A stretch of DNA of 64,000 nucleotides from Fibrobacter sp. (lineage in GTDB: Bacteria > Fibrobacterota > Fibrobacteria > Fibrobacterales > Fibrobacteraceae), in contig JAGCPZ010000025.1 of NCBI GenBank assembly GCA_017965445.1, positions 41,782 through 105,781 on the forward strand, read 5' to 3'. Positions 56,117 to 64,000 of this stretch are shown piece after piece; position 1 is the stretch's first letter, and every line of letters begins with the position of its first letter. The position numbers and the translations under genes are program-made. The notes beneath the pieces are model-generated. The model was not told the origin of the DNA and did not search any database. It worked only from the letters and a program-made list of their open reading frames with translations.

Positions 56117-59100
56117 ATGAAAAAAACGATGTGGGCGTTTGCCTTGTTACTTTGTGCCGTAGCCTGGACACATGCGGCAGATTCGTTTGAGGTCAATCTA
56201 TCAACGAATGTAAATAGTTCCTTAGGATTTTATGATAAAGGGGGATGTGAATTTGAAAAAACAAGTGCATTTTTCACCGAAAATAAGGGAAAATGTCCGC
56301 AAGGGGCCGTAATCAAGATTGAGGCTGGCGTAATTTTGGGTTATCAACTAAAATGCTGGAAAAATTCCGGTGTCTGTGTAAGTACAAATCCCATTCTTGA
56401 ACTAGAAGTCTCCTCTGATACGACTTTGTCTGCGTTTTATGAGGAACAAGATATAGATCTTTCAATAAGCATATCAGAATATTCGGGATCATTTCAGTAC
56501 CCTGTTCTTGGAAAAGATAATTTTAAACTTAAGGCCGGGTTGTCCTTTAACAAACAAAGCGAGGTCTACTTCGTTTATCAGTATAATTCGGGTAACGGAT
56601 ACAAGAACTTGATGGATCCGGTAAAAATCTCCAAAGATAAAGGGCTCCCAGAAGAACTTTCAACAATCTCTTTTTCCCGTGATTTTGAAACGAAAATTAC
56701 TGCAAATGGAAAGGTTTGGGAGCACTCTTTCAGAAAGGATTCTAAAGCTCATTTTAGAGTGGCAGCCGCATTTAAAGAAGAATCTCTTATAAACCATACG
56801 ACGGATGTCGTATACTCAAAGGAGTTGGCAATTTTTTGGATGCATCCATCAGTGTTTGAATCTATTTCTGGCATAAAGATTCGTTCAACCAATGAATATT
56901 ATGGTCAAGTGGTGTATATCGTTTCGAGCAAAGATGAAATAGAAGTGCCTGCCGACGATGATAAATACCTGTACAGCTACCGCTGGCATAGAGTCGGAGC
57001 TTCTGGTCAAGAGTATCTCTATTCCAATGTTGACAGGATCTATATGACTGATTCTATTCACTACAAGGCAGAATTAATTAAATTGCCTAAGGAGCAGCTC
57101 GAAATTGCATTTACCGTAACCGGCTTTGAATCAGGGAAGTCTGCAAAGGATATCAAAATAAAAACACCAAATAACTGTTTCACCTCGTCCGTCAAATCTA
57201 TTACATTGGGAGGCAATGAAATTAGCGGAGCCATCAAAGAAAGCGGTAATTATGGGCTCTATTTAAATGTGGCTATCGCCGATACGGGAGTCTGCGCCAA
57301 TGACAGTTTGGTCAATGTAGCAATCGCCTTGGGTTCCAGATCCAGAACCGATCTCAAGAACGCCATCTCTTTGAATGGAATCCACGCAAAGGAAGAAAGC
57401 GGCGTTTATTACGACGGGGATGAAAAAAAAGGACAAATAATTTACTCTAAGACGATTAAGGATTTAAGGCACGTCGTTTACGAAACGATAACGGGTGAAA
57501 TAGCACTTGATACAAATATAGCCCGAGGGGAAAAAATATCGAACATTCATATTATAGATTGGCAAAAATTAGGAGTTCCTGTATCGACAGTAAATACTGA
57601 GTATAAATTCCGTTTCCACCGAATTGGGGACTCAGGCGATGAATATGTTGAACCAGATGCAGAAATTGTAGTGGGAGATTCTGTTCATTACAGAGCCGAA
57701 ATGACGGACACCTTATATAAAGTCGATTTCTATGACGATTCCTACTTTAGCGAAAAAGAACTGCTCAGTGCATGGAGCAGCGTTCGCAATCCTGCAGAAC
57801 CGCCTAAAGCACCATACCACAAAGGACTCATCTTTGACAGTTGGGACGCAGATCTCACTAAACTAAAAGAACCAACAACCGTGCACGCCACATATAAAAT
57901 AGCACCTAATGTTAAATTCAACTTCAAGGTATCTGGCTACGATTTTGGAAAAACTATAGATGACCTCAAAATCGAATCGCCTAACAAGTATTTCAAAATG
58001 ACGAATACTCTAACGAATATATATGGCGAAGAAATTACATTTGACAAAGAAAGCGTATATGACAGGTTTAGAGTTAACATAAATTTGTCTGTAGAAACAG
58101 CTGATGACAGTTTAGTCAATATTTGGAAGTTCATAAACCACTATTCGATTAAATATGGCAGGCCACATGTCTTTGTCAATAACAAAGAAAGGGATTTTTT
58201 AGCAGCCTCCTCTGATTACTCAACAGGAAAGATTGCTTATACCATTTTCAAGATTGAATTCTATGACTACGACGGAACCTTGTTAAAGCAAGAACTTGTA
58301 GCAGATGGTGGTTCAGCGACACCCCCGAAAGACCCCTCCCGTAAGGGCCTGGTATTCAAAGGATGGAATGTGAAGTTTGACAGCGTTACAGCTCCGGGAT
58401 CTTCATGGGCAGAATACGAAGTCAAGAAGGTTCCTGAATACGCCTACACCGTGACAGGTTTTGAATCTGGGAAGCCCTCAAAGGATATCAAGATTAAAGC
58501 GCCGAACAACTGTTTCTCCTCTTCAATCGAAAATTTGACAATGGACGGCAAGAATTTTGATGGAACCATTACGAAAAGCGGAACTTACGAGCTAATCATC
58601 AACGTAGCCATTTCCGATACGGGTTCTTGCGATAACGACAGCTTGGTCAATGTAGCGAGAATCCTTAATAGCAATCAGGGCCTTAAAAACGCATTTACCG
58701 TCAATGGAGATAGCGCTTTATACAAAGGAATCGGCGAAAGAAAAGGCGAACTCACCTATTCGAAAAAAATAACTGTAGCGGAAGTCATATCAAGCTCTAG
58801 CCAAGCCAAGTCTAGCTCTAGCGTTAAGACTACATCAAGTTCGAGCCAGGCAAAGTCCAGTTCCAGTGGTAAAGTCACATCTAGTTCAAGTAAGGCCAAG
58901 TCTAGCTCTAGCGGCAAGGCCACATCGAGCTCAAGCAAAGCCAAGTCCAGCTCCAGCAACAAGAACAAGGACGCTTTGCCAGCATACGCCCAGATACCGC
59001 ATTTCACTTTGACGACTATCGGTCGCGACATCCAAGTTGCAGGTGTCCGCATCGGCAGCGCTTATGAAGTGTTCGACTTGCAAGGCCATGTCATTGTCAA

Positions 59101-59200
59101 AGGCCGTACGAACGCCGCAAACTTCAACTTGACAATGAATCACGCAGGCATATACCTAGTGAAAATTGGCAACCAAGCGCAAAAAGTCCAAGTCAAGTAA
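56117..59200 (+). CDS. Large secreted modular repeat protein with InlB B-repeats, Ser/Lys linker and basic C-terminal tail
   Basis: Signal peptide; FYDYDGTLL...PPKDPSRKGLVFKGW (InlB-B/Flg_new); duplicated modules; SSSKAKSSSS linker; FDLQGHVI..G tail. Confidence 0.78.
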   Translation: MKKTMWAFALLLCAVAWTHAADSFEVNLSTNVNSSLGFYDKGGCEFEKTSAFFTENKGKCPQGAVIKIEAGVILGYQLKCWKNSGVCVSTNPILELEVSSDTTLSAFYEEQDIDLSISISEYSGSFQYPVLGKDNFKLKAGLSFNKQSEVYFVYQYNSGNGYKNLMDPVKISKDKGLPEELSTISFSRDFETKITANGKVWEHSFRKDSKAHFRVAAAFKEESLINHTTDVVYSKELAIFWMHPSVFESISGIKIRSTNEYYGQVVYIVSSKDEIEVPADDDKYLYSYRWHRVGASGQEYLYSNVDRIYMTDSIHYKAELIKLPKEQLEIAFTVTGFESGKSAKDIKIKTPNNCFTSSVKSITLGGNEISGAIKESGNYGLYLNVAIADTGVCANDSLVNVAIALGSRSRTDLKNAISLNGIHAKEESGVYYDGDEKKGQIIYSKTIKDLRHVVYETITGEIALDTNIARGEKISNIHIIDWQKLGVPVSTVNTEYKFRFHRIGDSGDEYVEPDAEIVVGDSVHYRAEMTDTLYKVDFYDDSYFSEKELLSAWSSVRNPAEPPKAPYHKGLIFDSWDADLTKLKEPTTVHATYKIAPNVKFNFKVSGYDFGKTIDDLKIESPNKYFKMTNTLTNIYGEEITFDKESVYDRFRVNINLSVETADDSLVNIWKFINHYSIKYGRPHVFVNNKERDFLAASSDYSTGKIAYTIFKIEFYDYDGTLLKQELVADGGSATPPKDPSRKGLVFKGWNVKFDSVTAPGSSWAEYEVKKVPEYAYTVTGFESGKPSKDIKIKAPNNCFSSSIENLTMDGKNFDGTITKSGTYELIINVAISDTGSCDNDSLVNVARILNSNQGLKNAFTVNGDSALYKGIGERKGELTYSKKITVAEVISSSSQAKSSSSVKTTSSSSQAKSSSSGKVTSSSSKAKSSSSGKATSSSSKAKSSSSNKNKDALPAYAQIPHFTLTTIGRDIQVAGVRIGSAYEVFDLQGHVIVKGRTNAANFNLTMNHAGIYLVKIGNQAQKVQVK

Positions 59201-59228
59201 TACATCAGAAACATTGTAAATAAAAAGT

Positions 59229-59252
59229 GCGGGCGAAATTCGTTTCGCCCGT
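59229..59252. terminator. Hairpin terminator between convergent genes
   Basis: GCGGGCGAAA-TTCG-TTTCGCCCGT. Confidence 0.65.
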
Positions 59253-59332
59253 AATTCATTGTCGTTCAACACGTTACGTTTCGCGACAATTCTTGTCAAA
59301 GTGTTGATAGATTGTTTATTTACAGGGACTAA

Positions 59333-62300
59333 TCAATTAGCATTCCCATGGCGGCGAATACCTAAAGTAAACGTGTCCTCGGATTTCCCGACTAAATCCT
59401 TGTCCGAGAAAATCTTGAACTTGAGTTTGGCGATATAGGCTCCCGTCCCAACAAAACGTCCCTTGTTGCTGCGGGCATCCCACATCAAGAACACGTTACC
59501 CGGATTCTCCACGCAGTCCGTGCCGAATATCGACTTGTCGTTGCAAGCCACAACACCGCTATTGGAATTGACGAACTGCCCGAGAGTCGAGAAGTACTCC
59601 ACATTCCACTTGATTGTCACCTTCGAAAGCACAACATCCCGGCTCTCGTCGGAATTCAACAGCAACGATTTGCCTACTTCGCTCAAGTCAAACGTAATCA
59701 GTTCGCCCGGGAGCCCCGTTTCGGCAATGATGTCTTCGATTTTTTTCGACACGTCAACACGCACCGGCGCAACATCGTCCTTGTACGGCCACGTTTCCGG
59801 AGTCCAATTTGTAGGATCGATGCCGACAACATTCGGAGTCTCCAAGCCCACGCGCTGTTCACCTTCGATGCGGAGCCACGGATTATCGACATGCGGCACA
59901 TTTCCGTTCAAGTCCGGCACCACCCCAGGAACCAAGCGTACCATAAAGCCCACTTCTGGGAGTATCGTGTTATCGTTCTTCTGGTAAAGCACGTCATAGT
60001 AATTGCTGTTCTTGCTCGGCACGAAAGACACGACCGACAAAAGCGAAGGATCCACCAACTGACCCGCCTTATCCTTGAATTCAAGGAATTGCAAACCATT
60101 GAGCGTGCCTGCCTGAACAGCCTCGCTAATATATACCGTCAGCTTGTTGACGTTATCCGAAACCGGCTTTACAATCGGCTTATCGACAAGAATCGCGCCA
60201 ATGCGGTCTTCAATCGCAAGGCCATCTAGGCCTAGTTCCGTCATTTGTCCCGTCTGCTTGTCCATATAGGTATAATGATACCTGAAGGAACCTTGGTACA
60301 AATCCTTCGCTCCGCCCGTGAACACTTTGTTTTGCAAGCTATCCGCATGAATGGCCAGGCTCTTTTCGTCCTGCATCAACATCGCGACCTCTTGAGCCGA
60401 AGCGATCGTACGCCAATCATCACTTCCGAATGTCCACGCAATTGTATCTGGGATAGTCTCGCCAAAGGCCTTGTTGAACACAATGGCAATACTGTCCAGC
60501 ACACCGTCTCCGTTACGGTCAAATGCCTCGCCCAGATTCGCAAACGGCACAGGAGGTTCCTTGAAATGAATGTGTTCCCACTTCAGAGAGTTGGCAACAG
60601 CGCCCCCGGAAACTTCAAAACTCGCATCCGTCACCGAAGAATCACCGACAACATAGAACTTGATGGTTCCTGTCGAATCGGTAATCAACTTGTTTGTCCT
60701 CTGCTTTTTCTCATCCAAGAAACTTATCGGGAACGAGGTCTTCAAATCGAGCACGGCAAAGCAGTCCGTACAAAGTTTCGCCATATAATACACACCCACC
60801 TGCAAGGGTACCGTATCCGGGTACGCCACGTGCGTGAGGAGCGTATCGTTCGCACTGCCGTCCAGCGGGAGCCCTCGCAAACTGATGCCCGTCGGGTCAA
60901 ACGCCTTCGCCGAGTCCGCACCGCTGAAGACATCAATAAACGAAATATCCGGGAGCGGATACGCCGGCACCGTGAAATAGACTTCGCTAGACTGGGTCAA
61001 GTCACTCGCCAGCGAGAACTGCAACATGTAAGAGCCAGGAGCAAGGGAACGGTTCCTCACAATCGCGACCGTATCAATTACAAAGCCAGCCATGTTCGCA
61101 TCGATTTCGATTCCAGCGATAGTTCCCGGCAAAATTTCCATGCCATCCGGCGGAATCCTGTCGTCATCGCCAAACAGCACAAACACGGACTGCGCAAGCG
61201 TCGTATCGATATGCGACGTACTCGACACGTCACAGCTGATAGATTCGTCCATGAGCAACTGCAAGATGGAATACTTGATGGTCCCGTCAACCGTCGGTTC
61301 TTCCACCGGATAATAAGTCTTTTGCGTTTGCAAGTTGATGGACGTACGCATCTTGAAATTCGAACCCGTTGCGTTGCGTTCCGAGAAGAAAATGTGGAAC
61401 GGGTATTCGCGCCCTTCGATAAGCTTCAACGACGGGTCGTTCTGCCCGATTGTATCCAAGTTCACGCCTCTCTCTACAGGGCTGTGGCACCCGCCAATAT
61501 CAACGACAAGGCGGTTATTGATAAAGACCCAGACGTCATCATCGCCACGGAATTCGAAATACTGTCCCTTCACGTACTTGAACTGCGCCGAGACCTTCAT
61601 CGCAAAGCTGTAATTGTGGCGACACCCGCTAATTTCCCAGTCAAATTTCGGATTCGGTATTGTTCCCGCAGAATCGAGATACTTGAAATCGTCAATCGGA
61701 TAAAATCCTGGATTGATTGTATCGTTGCAGTCGCCTTCCTCGTTCGTGAAATCCGCCTGCCAAAAGCCTTCTTCGTCCAAGGACAAACTAATATCGCGGC
61801 ACACACCGTTCTTGTATTCATTGCCCGTGGCATCCTTCGCAACCACCTGCGGAATAAACCACTTCTCGATTTCGTGCGCAGCAGAACACTGGTACCACGG
61901 ATAAACTAGCGAATCCACACGGGCGGGGAGACCGTTCACAAGCGTGTCCTGCACCATGCCAAGCACATGGCCCGAACAAGTCTTGAGAGAATCCATTTCT
62001 CCGTTCTGGTTGCGTCCAAAAACCGTTGTATAGGAGCTTCCGCCATAAATATTGCCGAAATCCACGTCAATGCTGTCGTGGTAGCTTTCACCGGCCCAGT
62101 CAACGACAAGCGCCGAAATCTTGAGCGACGGGCAAATTCCGAGAATGCCGGGATAGCGCGTGGAATCGCTCGGTTCGTAACCGCGCTTGGGATTCGGATA
62201 AACCCAGACCGTATCGTGCAACGCCATCAAGGAATCCAGCGAGACCAGCGAATCCAAATGTTCCTGTTCAGGGACAATCCCCCTGCCACCGTAGCGTTCC

Positions 62301-63613
62301 ATGCCAAAGCTCTGCTTAAAGTAAACTCTCCAGTCGTCCGTATGCTTATAGACCGTACCGGTGTACCATCCGCACGTATCCTTTAACGGGCCCATCTTGA
62401 TAACGTCGCCTGTCGATTCGACAATCATGGATGGCGACATGTTTTCCCACGGGCTCTTCAAACGGACCACCTTGGGTTCAGGCGGGTAGAACGCCAAATC
62501 GAAATCGCCAAGCGCGGTCGATGTATAGAACCATACCTCGTAAACGCCAGCCGGGAAGAAATCGCTCGCACGTGGGCGGGAACGGTCCTCAAAATACGGA
62601 TGCTGCGGCCAGTCGTTCTTACCGCGTAGAATCTGCACAGTCGCTCCCTGCGAATTCCACTGCGACGACCCCACGAGAGTATCCGCAAAATCGATGTGGC
62701 GCCAATATTTGTATTCGCCCTCGGCGCTGAGTCCCGTCGGTTCGTTCATGATGTTGTTGTCAATCTTGAGAAAGAACGTGCTGTCGCGATAAGTCGAGTT
62801 CGTCCGCCACGGATGGTAAATGTGCAAACGGCGTGTCGCGTCAAAACATTCGCCTGGAGTCCCGATTTCAAGCGAAGCCTTGGGATTATCGACAGTCCCA
62901 TCGACAAACAGAGTATCTTGCGTCTGGAGGATTCCCGAGAAATCGACCGAAGAATCCTTGTTTGCAGGCACAACATACCACGGAGCCTTGTAACGCACAA
63001 AATGGGCCGTCAAAAGCGGGTTCGATTCAACCATCGAAGGAGTCAGCGCACCGAAAAACCAACCGCATTTGCTCTTGTCACCCTCGTTAAAACGCATCAG
63101 CACGGAATCCGCCCCGAAAATCATCTGCGGAAGCACCTTGTTGCCCCACGGGCTCTTGAACCAGACAATCTTGGAACCCGGAGCCATGAACGACTTCCTG
63201 TAGGACTTGTCTCTCGTGTCCGTATAAAGCCAGATTTCCGTCTCGGTGCCGAAAAACGCGGTTATCTTCGTCTTTCCGCCCTGCGTCCACGAGACGCAAT
63301 TGTTGTTATTGTAGTTGTTATCGTCTGTATTGGGGCACGCCTTGAATTCGAAATCTTCCCAGTCCTGGAAATTCGCAATCGTCTTGCCCGTCCAGGTATA
63401 GACATACCAGTCATCGCCCTCGCTCTTCATCATCGTCCTGGAATTAGCGCCAAAACCCGGATTGTAGTCCGTTACGCCACCGATAATATGCGGAGTATAG
63501 CTAGAAGTAGTCGCATCCCCACGGAATGGAGACTGCAAGTGAATCGTCAAATCCGCCCATGCAGAGACTGCCAAAAGCAGTGCGGCGACAAATCCCAAAC
63601 AACAGTGTTTCAT
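59333..63613 (-). CDS. Fibro-slime (PA14-related) domain protein
   Basis: HNYSFAMK..AQFKYVKGQYFEFRGDDDVWVFINNRLVVDIGG.H, YPFHIFFSER..GSNF; DRNGDG; C-terminal WDARSNKGRFVGTGAYI. Confidence 0.9.
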   Translation of the reverse strand: MKHCCLGFVAALLLAVSAWADLTIHLQSPFRGDATTSSYTPHIIGGVTDYNPGFGANSRTMMKSEGDDWYVYTWTGKTIANFQDWEDFEFKACPNTDDNNYNNNNCVSWTQGGKTKITAFFGTETEIWLYTDTRDKSYRKSFMAPGSKIVWFKSPWGNKVLPQMIFGADSVLMRFNEGDKSKCGWFFGALTPSMVESNPLLTAHFVRYKAPWYVVPANKDSSVDFSGILQTQDTLFVDGTVDNPKASLEIGTPGECFDATRRLHIYHPWRTNSTYRDSTFFLKIDNNIMNEPTGLSAEGEYKYWRHIDFADTLVGSSQWNSQGATVQILRGKNDWPQHPYFEDRSRPRASDFFPAGVYEVWFYTSTALGDFDLAFYPPEPKVVRLKSPWENMSPSMIVESTGDVIKMGPLKDTCGWYTGTVYKHTDDWRVYFKQSFGMERYGGRGIVPEQEHLDSLVSLDSLMALHDTVWVYPNPKRGYEPSDSTRYPGILGICPSLKISALVVDWAGESYHDSIDVDFGNIYGGSSYTTVFGRNQNGEMDSLKTCSGHVLGMVQDTLVNGLPARVDSLVYPWYQCSAAHEIEKWFIPQVVAKDATGNEYKNGVCRDISLSLDEEGFWQADFTNEEGDCNDTINPGFYPIDDFKYLDSAGTIPNPKFDWEISGCRHNYSFAMKVSAQFKYVKGQYFEFRGDDDVWVFINNRLVVDIGGCHSPVERGVNLDTIGQNDPSLKLIEGREYPFHIFFSERNATGSNFKMRTSINLQTQKTYYPVEEPTVDGTIKYSILQLLMDESISCDVSSTSHIDTTLAQSVFVLFGDDDRIPPDGMEILPGTIAGIEIDANMAGFVIDTVAIVRNRSLAPGSYMLQFSLASDLTQSSEVYFTVPAYPLPDISFIDVFSGADSAKAFDPTGISLRGLPLDGSANDTLLTHVAYPDTVPLQVGVYYMAKLCTDCFAVLDLKTSFPISFLDEKKQRTNKLITDSTGTIKFYVVGDSSVTDASFEVSGGAVANSLKWEHIHFKEPPVPFANLGEAFDRNGDGVLDSIAIVFNKAFGETIPDTIAWTFGSDDWRTIASAQEVAMLMQDEKSLAIHADSLQNKVFTGGAKDLYQGSFRYHYTYMDKQTGQMTELGLDGLAIEDRIGAILVDKPIVKPVSDNVNKLTVYISEAVQAGTLNGLQFLEFKDKAGQLVDPSLLSVVSFVPSKNSNYYDVLYQKNDNTILPEVGFMVRLVPGVVPDLNGNVPHVDNPWLRIEGEQRVGLETPNVVGIDPTNWTPETWPYKDDVAPVRVDVSKKIEDIIAETGLPGELITFDLSEVGKSLLLNSDESRDVVLSKVTIKWNVEYFSTLGQFVNSNSGVVACNDKSIFGTDCVENPGNVFLMWDARSNKGRFVGTGAYIAKLKFKIFSDKDLVGKSEDTFTLGIRRHGNAN

Positions 63614-63768
63614 TAAACACCCTCTTAATTAGCCCACACTTTAACTTTAAAATATATTAAAGTGCCCAAATTCAAAAAATCATAATGAAAAAAAAGCGTT
63701 TTTTACAAAAAATGCCGGAGCAGAGTCCGGCATGATAATCTTATTTCGAAGTCTTATAGAAAAAGACC

Positions 63769-64000
63769 TTACTTGATTTTCTGGATGCCGGCCTCGTACT
63801 TCTCGTTACGACGGATACCGAACGTGAACGTTTCCTCGCCCTTGCCCACGATTTCATTGTTCGTGAAAATCTTGAACTTGAACTTTGCGATATAAACGCC
63901 CGTTCCGACAGTTCGTCCCTTTTCGCTCATGGCGTCCCACATGAAGAACATGTTACCAGCATTCTGAATGCAGTCCGTACCGAATATGGCCTTGTCATTG
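63769..64000 (-). CDS. 3' end of a second fibro-slime-type paralog (runs off the window)
   Basis: NDKAIFGTDCIQNAGNMFFMWDAMSEKGRTVGTGVYIAKFKFKIF matches the C-terminus of 59333-63613; hairpin ATGCCGGA..TCCGGCAT at ~63712-63733. Confidence 0.8.
   Translation of the reverse strand, partial: NDKAIFGTDCIQNAGNMFFMWDAMSEKGRTVGTGVYIAKFKFKIFTNNEIVGKGEETFTFGIRRNEKYEAGIQKIK

Noticed and set aside
58785-58960. Ser/Lys-rich tandem repeat as a distinct element
   Set aside because: It is a coding low-complexity linker typical of secreted proteins in this lineage
59258-59307. Possible pseudoknot (ATTGTCG/CGACAAT interleaved with TCAACAC/GTGTTGA)
   Set aside because: Two 7-bp stems between convergent genes with a single copy and no covariation evidence; could be chance
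4208-63616. Long antisense ORFs in the track (e.g. 4208-5296, 7498-8682, 13172-14542, 24891-26600, 29432-30601, 60245-61909)
   Set aside because: They are shadows of well-supported genes on the opposite strand, expected from codon bias, and carry no recognisable motifs

Overview
Bacterial chromosomal segment, most likely from a Fibrobacter species. The assignment rests on FISUMP/Fib_succ_major lipoproteins, two tandem fibro-slime genes, Ser-rich lipoprotein linkers, a CE15 esterase and basic C-terminal tails on secreted proteins. It carries housekeeping genes (dsbD, glgA, folE, argA, folD, ackA, aroC, lpxK, an isolated nuoA, Ktr/Trk, two ABC-F ATPases, perR-rubrerythrin), a HipBA toxin-antitoxin pair, a stand-alone SIR2-domain gene, an apparently intact IS200-type element and a decayed IS256-like element. 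Most notable: (i) three tandem GHSMGG lipoprotein esterases, each preceded by the same palindromic 18-mer; (ii) an AT-rich ~11 kb island of secreted beta-helix, metalloprotease and lectin-fold genes that includes a hidden paralog relic; (iii) two adjacent apparent pseudo-enzymes (RavA-like and lytic-transglycosylase-like); (iv) polarised heptamer arrays and nested YGTCA-tagged palindromes that abut, and sometimes supply, start/stop codons; (v) a TAnnTTT motif 5-7 nt before many SD-less start codons, suggesting leaderless mRNAs. All calls come from manual motif recognition; no database searches were run. No rRNA, tRNA or CRISPR array was seen.
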